Source of the DNA: an uncultured Candidatus Poseidoniales archaeon
GTDB taxonomy: Archaea; Thermoplasmatota; Poseidoniia; Poseidoniales; Poseidoniaceae
Reading direction: 5' to 3'
Assembly (NCBI GenBank): GCA_964526385.1
Contig: CAZGJD010000003.1
Location: 55,225-119,224 of the forward strand
Length of the DNA stretch: 64,000 nucleotides
Shown here: piece after piece, positions 46,058 through 55,886 of the stretch
Position numbering within the stretch: position 1 is the stretch's first letter
Layout of the letters: every line of letters starts with the position of its first letter
Program-made: the position numbers and the translations under genes
The notes under the pieces: generated by a model
Databases searched by the model: none
What the model was told of the DNA's origin: nothing
Seen by the model: the letters and a program-made list of their open reading frames with translations, nothing else

Positions 46058-46075
46058 TTTTTTTTATATAGGATA
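46058..46075 (+). promoter_or_regulatory. candidate archaeal TATA box (TTTTTTTATATAGG) in the divergent intergenic region
   Basis: TTTATATA lies about 33-40 nt upstream of the ATG at 46103, consistent with a near-leaderless transcript. AT-rich divergent spacer between kinase 2 (minus) and the 46103 gene (plus). Confidence 0.35.
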
Positions 46076-46102
46076 TAAATAATAGAATTTGATAATTATA
46101 AT

Positions 46103-46879
46103 ATGGGCGATGATGATAACGACATCATTAGCCCTGATGGGCACTACCGCTGGAATGGAGAAGAATGGGAATTAATCGACATTGTTAAAACACTTGAAAA
46201 AATTTCTCAGGAAACATCAGAAACTTTGAATGAAGAATTTCAAACTAATGAACCAAATCAAGAAACTGAAACGATAACTCAAGAATCAATTTCGTTAAGC
46301 GAAAGTGAATCAAGTCATGGTATTTTGGGTGATTTCTTCAATAAGTTACTTTCTAAAGAAAAAACCGCTCTGAAATTCATCCTTCTAAACTGGTGGGGAT
46401 GCTTAGTTTTAATTCTGATATGTTTCAATGTAATTTCAATTGGTTCTGTTTACGTAGATCCATGGGACCCGTTTGAAGCAGTATTTTATTTCGGCTCAGA
46501 GAGATGTGCTTGGGATTCTACACCCTGTTTTGAAAATCTTGATATTTTCTCGATGAATTATACTTTCCGAATTTTTGTCTTTATTTCGTTGTTCATGTAC
46601 CTAATTAGTTTCTACTTGAATGTCTATTCACTTGCGGAAGGTTCACACCCATCAAAAGTAAATCTGAATTTTTCCATTGCTGGTAATCTCATGTTGATAT
46701 TTTCTGCACTTTACTACTACAATTCTAACATTTTAGATAGAATTGAAATTACTACAGGATGGTCGTCTTTCAATTTTAGACCCATGATTGGCATTCATCT
46801 TTTGCTACTAACGGGAATTTACTCTTTAGTTTACAATCTAATATTTTGGAAACATACTAAAGAAAATCCAATCATTTGA
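46103..46879 (+). CDS. membrane protein of unknown function with an acidic N-terminal cytoplasmic region
   Basis: 258 aa. The N-terminal 90 aa are E/T/Q-rich, followed by about 5 TM helices. No recognisable motifs. Confidence 0.4.
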   Translation: MGDDDNDIISPDGHYRWNGEEWELIDIVKTLEKISQETSETLNEEFQTNEPNQETETITQESISLSESESSHGILGDFFNKLLSKEKTALKFILLNWWGCLVLILICFNVISIGSVYVDPWDPFEAVFYFGSERCAWDSTPCFENLDIFSMNYTFRIFVFISLFMYLISFYLNVYSLAEGSHPSKVNLNFSIAGNLMLIFSALYYYNSNILDRIEITTGWSSFNFRPMIGIHLLLLTGIYSLVYNLIFWKHTKENPII

Positions 46880-46886
46880 TTCGGAT

Positions 46887-48275
46887 TTATTTTTTCTTAC
46901 CTAGACAATTCCGCAAGCAAGATTCAAGATCACTGAATGTGAATTCAAATCCAGATTCAATTAGCCTATTAGGACGTACATCCTGTCCATCTAAAACGAG
47001 TTTTTGACCCATTTCACCAAATAAAATTTTGATGACGAAACCAGGCAGGGGAGCGAAAGCTGGTCTTCTTAGAACTTTACCCAAGGTCTTAGCAAATGTC
47101 TTTTGATTAACTGGAGTTGGTGCACACAAATTGTAAGGTCCAGACGAATTCTCATCCATCATCAGGTGATGTATTGCATAAATTTCGTCGTCGAGTGAAA
47201 TCCAGGATTGCATCTGCTTACCTCCGCCTACCGGACCACCAGCACCGAATTTCGCAGGAAGCAATAGTTTTGCAAGGGCACCACCAAGAGGGGATATTAC
47301 GATTCCCGTCCGCAATAGTGAAACTCTGATACCAGCAGAACTTGCTGGTTTGGTTGAATCCTCCCATTCTCTACAGATTTCAGCAAGTATGTCATCTCCA
47401 GTTTTGGAATTTTCATCTAAAACTTCAGTTCCTCTATTCCCATAAAAGCCAACAGCAGAACCACATAAAAACGACTTTGGAGGATTTTTTAATCCGGCCA
47501 AGATCTTCGATAGGTTTGTAGTTGGTATTACTCTACTGTCTCGAATTAACTTCTTTCTTTTAGTGGACCATCTCTTGTCTCCAATTCCAGCACCTGCTAG
47601 GTGAATTATAGCGTCAAAATCTTCAAATGTTCCCTCGATGATTTCACCTGTTAAATCGTTCCAAACTACAGTCTTGTCCTTGTTGACATCCTTCGGTAAT
47701 TTTGTTGTTGGTCGAACTAAACGATGAACATTGTGACCTGCCGCCTCGAGAAAGGCACACAGTTGGAGTCCAATCATGCCTGTTGATCCAGAAACTAATA
47801 CTCTCTGTCTTGGTAGGTGACTTGTCTTTTTGATTTGGTTAAGGTCGTTAAGCACTATATCTGTTCGATACTTAAACATCTGAATCATTCGCGGTTTAAC
47901 GCTAAATGGTGCTGACCATCCAGTCAAGAAATGTAAAGGCAATTTATATTCGACATTATCATTTACAATGGTTGAATCGCCATCTTTTTCAAAAGTGTGT
48001 CGATGGTTCCATGCTCCAAATGGGCCTTTCACCATTCTATCAGAAAAACCGATACCGTGTTTTACAGAATGATGACGTGCAAGCCAGGTACGCTTGATAG
48101 GGCCTATGCTCACCTTGAAGATCGTTTCTTCGCCATCTTTTAGTCCACCAGCTTGGATGGGGTCGATTCCTTCCCACTCAGGCATGATTCTACGGAATGC
48201 ACCTGGACTGTCGTACCAGTTCCAAATTTCTTCAATGTTGGCGTTAAACTTAGCCTTGTGATTGAAAACTGCCAT
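46887..48275 (-). CDS. fusion of an N-terminal SRPBCC (polyketide-cyclase/START-like) domain and a C-terminal YfcH-type NAD-dependent epimerase/dehydratase (TIGR01777-like, with DUF1731-like tail)
   Basis: First ~150 aa MAVFNHKAKFNANIEEIWNWYDSPGAFRRIMPEW... are SRPBCC-like. Rossmann motif VLVSGSTGMIGLQLCAFLEAAGHNVHRLVR follows, then a C-terminal region typical of YfcH proteins. Confidence 0.65.
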   Translation of the reverse strand: MAVFNHKAKFNANIEEIWNWYDSPGAFRRIMPEWEGIDPIQAGGLKDGEETIFKVSIGPIKRTWLARHHSVKHGIGFSDRMVKGPFGAWNHRHTFEKDGDSTIVNDNVEYKLPLHFLTGWSAPFSVKPRMIQMFKYRTDIVLNDLNQIKKTSHLPRQRVLVSGSTGMIGLQLCAFLEAAGHNVHRLVRPTTKLPKDVNKDKTVVWNDLTGEIIEGTFEDFDAIIHLAGAGIGDKRWSTKRKKLIRDSRVIPTTNLSKILAGLKNPPKSFLCGSAVGFYGNRGTEVLDENSKTGDDILAEICREWEDSTKPASSAGIRVSLLRTGIVISPLGGALAKLLLPAKFGAGGPVGGGKQMQSWISLDDEIYAIHHLMMDENSSGPYNLCAPTPVNQKTFAKTLGKVLRRPAFAPLPGFVIKILFGEMGQKLVLDGQDVRPNRLIESGFEFTFSDLESCLRNCLGKKK

Positions 48276-48279
48276 TTTT

Positions 48280-49839
48280 TCACCTCTTCTCGTAATTTAT
48301 TTTCACAGAATTTGCTAGTTGAGATTGGAATAAAGTAGATTGTCTTGATGATGGGTTTGAATATGTTTCAACATACTTTCTAGTTTTGAATTTTCGTTTC
48401 GTAGAATCTGTCGTCATACACCTAATTTTTCCATAAACTGGTCTTTCCGTCCATCCCCTGTCGAATTTACCTAAGACCCAGCCTATCCCAGTGTAGGTAT
48501 TGGGATCCCTTCCGTCAAGGCCCCATTTATCATTTAGTTCAATCATGTAATCCATAGCAATTTGCGCATTAGGAGTCCACTCGAGTATTTTCTTACCCCA
48601 CAGCATTCTTAGATAATTGTGAATGATTCCGTCATTTTTTAATTGGCACTGTGCAGCATTCCACAATTCATCATGAGTCTCACCATTCTCAAATTCTTCA
48701 AGGGTATACAAATATGGCCTCTCGTCATGTTCATGTTCCTTCAGAGTGGTTTTTGCCCAGTCAGGAAGTGATTCATATGAATCATGATTTTCGTTTTGAG
48801 CACAATGTAAGAATCCTAAATCTCTCCATGTGATAACCTGATCTAAGAATGATTCCACGTCCTTGGGTAGCCCCCACCATCCACTTCTTCTACCATCATT
48901 TGGCGGAGTAATGTGCATTATGTCCCAATTGTATTTCTCAAAAATTTCTCTCAAAATTTGGTGAGCGCTGATGTGTCCAAAGTGGAGGTAGGGCGAAAGA
49001 CCACTAGACCCGTTTAATTCTGGTTCATTTCTATTATCTCCATATCTCTCTAATCGATTGTGGAGGAAATCATTCCATTTCTTTACGGCCTCTGTAGTGC
49101 CTCCTTTGACATGATTAACTGGGTAAACGGAGTGATCTATGGAAAGTACAGAAAGTGCATTTTCTCCAATTTTATCTGGCTCACATACTCTCCAAAGGAA
49201 TTCATAAGGTGTAATAGGAGTATCACTGGCCTCGAATATTTTCTGGACTATTCCATAGTCCAATTTTTCTAGATTAGAAGCTTTCTCAAGTGGTTTGGGT
49301 TCTGGGAATTCCGCCAGGTGGTCGGTAATGGTTTTGTGGAGGTGCCTGCGAAGTGAATATGCGGTCGTAAAACTCTTTTCAGTGTGGTTATGAGCCATGA
49401 ATCCGTTGCTATCAACGACGTGAACTTCACAACCGGCCATTTTGATTGCGAGTTCCTTAACTTTTCTAGGATAGTATGACGGATAGTCATCAATCACCAG
49501 ACATTCGGCGAATTCCATCCATTTAGAAAGTAGACCCTTTGCTTCATTCGGTTTAGTTTCCACATAAGGAACGTAGGTGACGTTAGAATCTTCGAATATT
49601 TTCTTGTTCGATAACATACCCTGAATCACGAAAGTGTGTATTCTATCATTTGCATACTTGTGACCAATAGCTAAGGGCTCTACTACAACAAGCGGTAGTT
49701 TCTTCTTTTTGGCAAGGGATATAGCATGCTCTAGACTGTGGTTGTAGAAGGCCCTCCTGGAGGAAATCATCCAGTAAACTACACAGTCTCCAGGAGTTTT
49801 GGTCTCCCCAAAAGTTTCCAGTCTTGATCCAGGTATCAT
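48280..49839 (-). CDS. phr: class II CPD deoxyribodipyrimidine photolyase
   Basis: N-terminal CVVYWMISSRRAFYNHSLEHAISLA resembles the class II (V)VYWM(S)RDQR(V/A)xDNWAL start. The C-terminal FAD-binding WNAAQCQLKNDGIIHNYLRMLWGKKILEW matches the class II WNAAQ...MHxYxRMYWAKKILEW signature. Confidence 0.85.
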   Translation of the reverse strand: MIPGSRLETFGETKTPGDCVVYWMISSRRAFYNHSLEHAISLAKKKKLPLVVVEPLAIGHKYANDRIHTFVIQGMLSNKKIFEDSNVTYVPYVETKPNEAKGLLSKWMEFAECLVIDDYPSYYPRKVKELAIKMAGCEVHVVDSNGFMAHNHTEKSFTTAYSLRRHLHKTITDHLAEFPEPKPLEKASNLEKLDYGIVQKIFEASDTPITPYEFLWRVCEPDKIGENALSVLSIDHSVYPVNHVKGGTTEAVKKWNDFLHNRLERYGDNRNEPELNGSSGLSPYLHFGHISAHQILREIFEKYNWDIMHITPPNDGRRSGWWGLPKDVESFLDQVITWRDLGFLHCAQNENHDSYESLPDWAKTTLKEHEHDERPYLYTLEEFENGETHDELWNAAQCQLKNDGIIHNYLRMLWGKKILEWTPNAQIAMDYMIELNDKWGLDGRDPNTYTGIGWVLGKFDRGWTERPVYGKIRCMTTDSTKRKFKTRKYVETYSNPSSRQSTLFQSQLANSVKINYEKR

Positions 49840-49847
49840 CCAAACAC

Positions 49848-50361
49848 CTATGTAACTAACTTTGAGTGTCTATTCATGCTGTAAACGTAGTAGGATTGGC
49901 CAGATTTCGAAAGTGGCTTTCTTGGCTGAATCGACATTCTAAATCCACTAAGCCCTTCGATTGCGAGGTTGTGCATGGTTTCAGATATCCATTCTAATGA
50001 TTGGAGTTGATTTAGAGAGAACCAATCGTATTCGGTTATTTCATTGCTCTCATGTCCGTCTTTTTTAGTTTCGATGTTAACATCGTAGCACAAGAAAACC
50101 GCAGGTATTCCATTGTTAGTAGTGGACCTCACTGCGGCTAAACCAATAATCGAGCCAGTCGAGCCGGTTTCCTCAATCAACTCCCTGAGGACAGCCGCCT
50201 CGGGGCTTTCATCGGCTTCGACATAACCCTTGGGAAGTCCCCACTTTCCGGCATAGTTTCCTGATGCTTCTTTCACGAGTAGGATTCTTGATTCATCAAT
50301 TACCCTTGCAGCGACTCCCAAATCGCAAGATTTACTGTCCATGTAGGAACGTGAATTCATT
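49848..50361 (-). CDS. Nudix hydrolase
   Basis: Nudix box GKWGLPKGYVEADESPEAAVLRELIEETG (GX5EX7REUXEEXGU). The track start at 50423 would sit 3 nt from the divergent ribA start, so an internal ATG (50361 MNSRSY or 50343 MDSKSC) is more likely. Confidence 0.8.
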
Positions 50362-50373
50362 GATATATATACC
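50362..50373. promoter_or_regulatory. palindromic TATATATA element between the divergent Nudix and ribA genes; candidate shared or bidirectional TATA box
   Basis: TGATATATATAC lies about 27 nt from the ATG at 50343 (leaderless Nudix transcript) and about 55-60 nt upstream of the ribA ATG at 50427. Confidence 0.35.
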
Positions 50374-50426
50374 ACCGTTTTTTTCCGTTCAGCAAAATAA
50401 CGAGATATTATAACCTCCGTCAATTA

Positions 50427-51041
50427 ATGCTGCTCATGCTCAGCAGAAGCAACAGCAGGAAGAAAGTAGAGGCGGACGCAGAATTGCCAACCAAGTTTGG
50501 CAACTTCAGGATCAAGGCGTTCATTGACCCGATTACATCAAAAGAACACGCGCTACTTTACACCGGAAAAGACCTAGATGCAACACCGTTGGTTAGGATT
50601 CACTCAGAATGTTTAACTGGAGACGCATTTGGGAGTCTCAAATGCGATTGTGGGCCACAGTTGGAGGCTGCAATGATGGAAATCCAAGATAGAGGTTGTG
50701 GGGCCATAGTTTACCTCCGACAAGAAGGAAGAGGAATCGGACTCTATGCAAAAATGCAAGCATACGCACTTCAGGACGAAGGACTCGACACTCTCGACGC
50801 AAATTTAGAATTGGGGCTACCCGCTGATGCAAGAACATATGAGTTCGCTGCCGAGATGTTAAAATCGATAGGTTTCAACAAGGTTAACCTGATGACAAAC
50901 AACCCAGAGAAAAGAAGCCAACTCGAAGCAAACGGCATAGAAATCACTTCAAGAATCCCTATCATTGTTGGGACGTGCGAGTACAATATTCAATATCTCA
51001 AGACAAAAGCCAATAGAATGGGTCATATCTTAAGAGTTTAA
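50427..51041 (+). CDS. ribA: GTP cyclohydrolase II (bacterial-type RibA)
   Basis: RIHSECLTGDAFGSLKCDCGPQL (zinc Cys triad) and YLRQEGRGIGLYAKMQAYALQD match E. coli RibA RVHSECLTGD / CDCG / YLRQEGRGIGL almost verbatim. The N-terminus aligns with the E. coli KLPTPWGDF region. Confidence 0.9.
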   Translation: MLLMLSRSNSRKKVEADAELPTKFGNFRIKAFIDPITSKEHALLYTGKDLDATPLVRIHSECLTGDAFGSLKCDCGPQLEAAMMEIQDRGCGAIVYLRQEGRGIGLYAKMQAYALQDEGLDTLDANLELGLPADARTYEFAAEMLKSIGFNKVNLMTNNPEKRSQLEANGIEITSRIPIIVGTCEYNIQYLKTKANRMGHILRV

Positions 51042-51050
51042 GGAGATATT

Positions 51051-51518
51051 ATGTCCACCTCAATACTTGGCCAAATTGCACCTGATTTTACACTGCAAGC
51101 AGACGATGGTTCAATGTTTGATAGCACAACGCTACACGGTAAATGGAGAGTGATTTTTTTCTACTCTCGACACAATTCTCCAACGTGCAAAAGAGGATGC
51201 CTCAACTTTAAAGAACAATATGATCTCTTCAAATCCTCAGGATGTGAAATTATCGGTGTAGGGCCTGGTTCCTTTGAAAAATTGAAAGATTTCAAGAAAT
51301 CGATAGGAGACCTCCCGTTCCCTCTTGTAGCAGATGTTGACAGAGCGGTTGGTGAGTCTTACAATATTCCCCTTCACCTTGGTAAATTTCCGTCAAAATC
51401 ATCTTTCGTTATTGGCCCAGATAACAAGGTCCACTACGTATATGACTGGCTTTTCAGACCAAGAAGGCACGTAGCTAAGATACTTGCAGAGTTATCATCG
51501 GTTTCAGGAGGAAAATGA
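51051..51518 (+). CDS. thioredoxin-fold thiol peroxidase / redoxin (AhpC-TSA/Bcp-like)
   Basis: 155 aa. FFYSRHNSPTCKRGC has a Cys pair in the position of the peroxidatic/resolving cysteines of Bcp-type peroxiredoxins. GGAG SD-like element before the ATG. Confidence 0.5.
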   Translation: MSTSILGQIAPDFTLQADDGSMFDSTTLHGKWRVIFFYSRHNSPTCKRGCLNFKEQYDLFKSSGCEIIGVGPGSFEKLKDFKKSIGDLPFPLVADVDRAVGESYNIPLHLGKFPSKSSFVIGPDNKVHYVYDWLFRPRRHVAKILAELSSVSGGK

Positions 51519-52919
51519 ATGTGGGAAGATTTGTTGTATGAATCCGGACTTAACGAACGTGAAGTCAATTCAATTATGATACTTGGAAATAATCCAAAGA
51601 TGAAAGCATCAGAATTGGCAAAAGAACTGAAGACAACAAGATTAGATGCCTACAATAGTTTGTCCAGACTACAAGAAATGGGAATAGTTACAGTCACGGC
51701 AGATCGGCCAATGCTGTTTTCCAGTATGAACGTCTTAGAAGCAATCAAACACATAATAGAAATGCGAAAACAACAGTTGGCACGACTCACTGAAGGCTAT
51801 GAAGATTTGTCAAAGAATGTCAAGAGCAAATCTCCAGTAAGTAGCAGACCCCAATCCAGCGCAAACGACCCTCGTTTCGCTGTCTTGAAAGAACGCTCTC
51901 ACATCTATAACCGATTGAAAAAAATGGCTGATGAATGTGAAGAGAGGTTAGTACTAATGCTTGGCCAATACGGAATCTTACATTTGTGTAGGAATCCTAA
52001 TGCTCTCGAAGCGGTTAATACAGCTGCAACTAGGGGTTCAGTGGTTCAGATAATTACCCAACTCGATAGCAAAACTGTAAGGTTTTTCCGAGAGTTAAAC
52101 GACAGTGTTGAAGTCAAGCATTCAAATGATTTAGAATCGCTTGGATTTGTCAAAGATAAATCCGAGGTCGTTCAATATCTGAACATCGAAGACAATCCTG
52201 TTGGACGAGGAAAGGATGATGCTGCCTTAGTGATTGAATCTGCTGCATTTGCAGAATCTCACATGAATCTTATCGACACCATCTGGGAGAATGCCGTTGC
52301 ATTTGAAACAGCTGTAGTTCGATTTACTGAAAATAAAATCAACGACCCTCTTAAGTTAACAATTGGTGAAGGGTCTTTCTTGAAAAATGTCACATCGGCT
52401 TTGGGAATAACAGATGAACTTCCAGAAGATGACACTCCATTCGACCCTGAAGCATTTTTCGCAGCTGGCCAACAGGTCAATGACGCAAGGAAGAGTTTAT
52501 CCGAGGGTAAATTGTCAAATTTGAAAATATTAGGCATCGACATGGCTCTAATGCTCAGACAAATTGGCAATAGAGTTGGTCATGAGATATCATTTTCACT
52601 TAGAAAAATCGAGAACGACATAGAATTTCTCGATGAAATAATGGATTGGTGGGAATATGCCGGGTTGGGTAACTTGCAGTACGATGTCGACCCAACCTTC
52701 CACGTAAAAGTCGGATTAAACCACCCGCCAGTAGAAGATCCGGATGCGCTCCCTATGTGGGAAATGGATGACGGAATTATCGAGGGCGCTTTAAGACACA
52801 GGTTCTCAAAAGACGAGGACATCGTCATTAATCGAACCAAGGGTTCCGGTGACTCACATGATTTATGGAACTATATGATAGTTAAACAAGATCAAGAATC
52901 AACTGAATTGGAAGATTAA
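51519..52919 (+). CDS. transcriptional regulator with an N-terminal TrmB-like winged-helix domain and a large C-terminal domain of unknown function
   Basis: The N-terminal GLNEREVNSIMILGNNPKMKASELAKELKTTRLDAYNSLSRLQEMGIVTV is TrmB-type wHTH. The ATG follows the upstream stop directly. Confidence 0.45.
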   Translation: MWEDLLYESGLNEREVNSIMILGNNPKMKASELAKELKTTRLDAYNSLSRLQEMGIVTVTADRPMLFSSMNVLEAIKHIIEMRKQQLARLTEGYEDLSKNVKSKSPVSSRPQSSANDPRFAVLKERSHIYNRLKKMADECEERLVLMLGQYGILHLCRNPNALEAVNTAATRGSVVQIITQLDSKTVRFFRELNDSVEVKHSNDLESLGFVKDKSEVVQYLNIEDNPVGRGKDDAALVIESAAFAESHMNLIDTIWENAVAFETAVVRFTENKINDPLKLTIGEGSFLKNVTSALGITDELPEDDTPFDPEAFFAAGQQVNDARKSLSEGKLSNLKILGIDMALMLRQIGNRVGHEISFSLRKIENDIEFLDEIMDWWEYAGLGNLQYDVDPTFHVKVGLNHPPVEDPDALPMWEMDDGIIEGALRHRFSKDEDIVINRTKGSGDSHDLWNYMIVKQDQESTELED

Positions 52920-52929
52920 GTCTGAAACG

Positions 52930-52942
52930 CTACTATATATAT
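52930..52942 (+). promoter_or_regulatory. candidate archaeal TATA box (CTATATATAT) for a leaderless transcript of the UbiB-like gene
   Basis: The TATA-like element is centred about 27 nt upstream of the ATG at 52964. Confidence 0.4.
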
Positions 52943-52963
52943 CAACTCACCAACCTTAGTGCC

Positions 52964-54259
52964 ATGCGTCTGTTGACATTATACAAGTTTAGCAAGGAAC
53001 TAAGGGGGAACAGACCTGTCGACATTGACAAGATCCAATCCATGGGTCTGCTAGCGGTTAAGTTAGGACAAATTTGCGCTTTGCGACCTGATTTAATTGA
53101 CCCTGATAGGTGTATACAACTACAGCAATTGTACAGTAGAGCCCCGTCTGTGCCAGCGGAAGACTTTGACAATCTTCTTCGAAAACATACTTCACCTGAT
53201 TTTAGAGATAACTTCAACAAAATCGAGAACAAGCCATTTGCTGCCGCAAGCATAGGCCAAATCCACAGGGCTGAGTTGAAGGACGGAACTAAAGTTGTAA
53301 TCAAAATCATAAAATCAGATTTCCGAAAAACATTCATCCGTGATGTTAAGAAAATGAAGCGTTGGGTAAGAATGGGCCTATTCTTTAATCCAAAATTGAA
53401 GAAGGTTGGCAATCCTATCGGTCTATTGTCTCACATTGAAGATTACACCTTGAGAGAGTTAGATTTAATGAATGAGATAAACGGAAAAGAAAGATTGGAA
53501 CAACTTGCGGAGGATTACTCAGCATCATTCCCAATGCCAAAACTCCGCTTTCCAAAGATATGGAAAGATTTGTCGAATAGTAATGTTTTGGTGATGGAGG
53601 AAATTACATATCCAACCCTAGAATCACACCTCAACAAATCCTCCATGGAATGGGATGACATGTTGCAATTGTTCAGAATACACGGCGCCTACATGTTTGG
53701 GTTGGGTGTTTTCCATGGAGACCTTCATCCAGGAAACGCAATGATGGATTCAAAAGGAAACTTCACATTCATCGACACAGGAGCAATATGTGAAGCACCA
53801 GAACACGTAAGAAAAGCACTGTTTGGATTTTTCTTTTTCTTAGCCAAAGGTGAATTGAAGAACGCTTTCGACGCAATGTTAACAATGGCAGACGTTGAAC
53901 CAGTGGGTGAAACTCTACAAACCTATTACGACTCTATGAATGAATTATATGACGGATTTGTCGGTACTTCAGTAAGCGAAGTATCCTTAACTCAACAGAT
54001 GATGAAGACAGTAAAAGCAGCGGTCTTAGCTGGATGTTCTTTTGGAGATGAAGCGTTTCCTATCATCAGGTCATTGATGTACATGGATGGTATGGTTTTG
54101 AAAGGTTTCCCTGATGTTGATTTAATTTCAGCGATGGGTCCGTACTTGGATGAATTTGCTACACTAATAGACATTAACACCCTTCTAGAAAGGTCAAATC
54201 CAAATTCAAAATTACTGTTGAATAAAAACCGAACTTTAAATGCTAACACGGCACCGTGA
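52964..54259 (+). CDS. UbiB/ABC1-family atypical protein kinase (aarF domain)
   Basis: FNKIENKPFAAASIGQIHRAELKDGTKVVIKI (ABC1 lysine motif) and HGDLHPGNAMMD (catalytic motif). Confidence 0.8.
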   Translation: MRLLTLYKFSKELRGNRPVDIDKIQSMGLLAVKLGQICALRPDLIDPDRCIQLQQLYSRAPSVPAEDFDNLLRKHTSPDFRDNFNKIENKPFAAASIGQIHRAELKDGTKVVIKIIKSDFRKTFIRDVKKMKRWVRMGLFFNPKLKKVGNPIGLLSHIEDYTLRELDLMNEINGKERLEQLAEDYSASFPMPKLRFPKIWKDLSNSNVLVMEEITYPTLESHLNKSSMEWDDMLQLFRIHGAYMFGLGVFHGDLHPGNAMMDSKGNFTFIDTGAICEAPEHVRKALFGFFFFLAKGELKNAFDAMLTMADVEPVGETLQTYYDSMNELYDGFVGTSVSEVSLTQQMMKTVKAAVLAGCSFGDEAFPIIRSLMYMDGMVLKGFPDVDLISAMGPYLDEFATLIDINTLLERSNPNSKLLLNKNRTLNANTAP

Positions 54260-54264
54260 TTCTC

Positions 54265-55878
54265 ATGTCCACCGAAAAACAACCTTCAGTCGCTATTATT
54301 GGAGCAGGGCCCGGTGGGCTAGCATCAGCACTTCTACTCGCAAAATCGGGTGTCAGAGTCACCGTTTTCGAACGCTCAGCAAGCGTTGGAGGCAGGAACA
54401 AAGTTTTCGAGAGAGATGGTTACAAATTCGACCTCGGCCCAACATTTTTCCACTATCCAGAAGTAATCGAAGACATATTCCAAGCAATCGGAAGGGATGC
54501 GCACGAAGAATTGAAACTAAAGAAACTTGACATCAATTACAGACTGATCTTTGGACAAGGGGGAAGTCTAGACTGCACTAGTAACACTGAACAAATGTGC
54601 GAAAGAATTGAAGCACTATCAGGAAAGAAAAATGCTGACGCATTCTTGAAATATCTCCAAGATAACCTAAACAAACTCAACAAATCAAAGCAATGTTTGC
54701 AAGAGCCATGGTTTGGCCCTACAGACTTACTTTCCAAGAGGGCTATGAGAGTTGCTGGAGTCTTGAGGCCTACTCGCTCAGTAGCTAAGGATTTGATGAA
54801 ATTATTCGACGATGATAGGTTGATGTTGGCAATGTCTTTCCAAACAAAATACCTTGGGATGTCACCATTCAACTGCCCAAGTTTATTCACCATGCTTGCC
54901 TTTTTAGAATACGAATACGGCATATTCCATCCAATGGGCGGTTTAGGTAGCGTCTCGGAAAGGATGGGCCAGATTGCAAGAGACATGGGTGTAGAATTCA
55001 GAATGAACGAAGAAGTCAAGAGCGTCATTATGGATAAAAAAACCATTAAAGGAATTGTTACTGACAACGGTTCCTTTTACGCTGACAAGGTAGTAATGAA
55101 TGCAGATTTTGCTCAAGGAATGACTAAGTTGTTCCCGGACAATCTTAGAAAGAAGTGGTCAAACAAGAAACTGGATAACAAGAAATATTCCTGTTCAACA
55201 TTCATGCTTTATCTCGGTGTTAACAAGACATTCGACGACCTCCCTCACCACCAAATTTACGCCTCAAAGGATTATGTTTCCAACCTTGAGGATATAGAAG
55301 TACATCACAGATTAACTTGGGACGACCCTTCTGTTTACGTCCAAAACGCATGTGTAACTGACCCTCAACTCGCTCCAGAAGGTTGCTCAACAGTGTACGC
55401 CCTGGTACCTGTATCACACATACATGACAATATTGACTGGTCTAAAGAGAAAGATTCATTCAGAGACAGAATCGTAGACCAAATCGAAGAGAAATTAGGT
55501 TTCGAAGGGCTTCGTGAAAATATCGCATCGGAACTAGTCATCACTCCAGAAGACTGGGGAGAGCACTGTTATCGTGGCGCTGTGTTCAACTTAGCACACG
55601 GACTTGACCAGATGTTATGGAAGAGACCCAAGAATGAATTTGACGAGATAAAGAACCTGTACCTGGTTGGTGGAGGAACCCACCCAGGTAGTGGATTACC
55701 GGTCATATACGAATCAGCAAGAATCAGTTCCAAACTCCTGCTTGACAGTCTAGGCATAATACCAGATTGGAACGGAGTCGATACGTGGTTTGACAGCAGA
55801 AAGCGAAGAACAAAATCCAACAAATCAGCAATTGCTTCGGCTAACGAACTCAACAAGGGTAACCCAACCCAATCATAG
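54265..55878 (+). CDS. crtI: phytoene-desaturase-family FAD-dependent oxidoreductase (CrtI-like)
   Basis: N-terminal VAIIGAGPGGLASALLLAKSGVRVTVFERSASVGGRNKVFERDGYKFDLGPTFFHYPEVIEDIFQAIG parallels CrtI VVIGAGFGGLALAIRL...[31 protein letters not shown]. Track start at 54256 is GTG overlapping the upstream TGA. Confidence 0.75.
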   Translation: MSTEKQPSVAIIGAGPGGLASALLLAKSGVRVTVFERSASVGGRNKVFERDGYKFDLGPTFFHYPEVIEDIFQAIGRDAHEELKLKKLDINYRLIFGQGGSLDCTSNTEQMCERIEALSGKKNADAFLKYLQDNLNKLNKSKQCLQEPWFGPTDLLSKRAMRVAGVLRPTRSVAKDLMKLFDDDRLMLAMSFQTKYLGMSPFNCPSLFTMLAFLEYEYGIFHPMGGLGSVSERMGQIARDMGVEFRMNEEVKSVIMDKKTIKGIVTDNGSFYADKVVMNADFAQGMTKLFPDNLRKKWSNKKLDNKKYSCSTFMLYLGVNKTFDDLPHHQIYASKDYVSNLEDIEVHHRLTWDDPSVYVQNACVTDPQLAPEGCSTVYALVPVSHIHDNIDWSKEKDSFRDRIVDQIEEKLGFEGLRENIASELVITPEDWGEHCYRGAVFNLAHGLDQMLWKRPKNEFDEIKNLYLVGGGTHPGSGLPVIYESARISSKLLLDSLGIIPDWNGVDTWFDSRKRRTKSNKSAIASANELNKGNPTQS

Positions 55879-55886
55879 GTGATATC

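Noticed and set aside
38052-46100. Possibility that the tRNA-Asn-flanked block is an integrated mobile element or defence island
   Set aside because: No integrase, transposase, recombinase or phage structural genes were recognised, and I could not identify a direct repeat of the tRNA 3' end. It is kept only as a hypothesis inside the SPFH-operon finding, not as a mobile-element feature.
52942-53412. 156-aa minus-strand ORF overlapping the start of the UbiB-like gene
   Set aside because: It is antisense to the ABC1 kinase N-terminus and overlaps the candidate promoter. No motif support.
54537-55067. 176-aa minus-strand ORF inside crtI
   Set aside because: It is antisense to the FAD-binding N-terminal region of a well-supported phytoene-desaturase-family gene.
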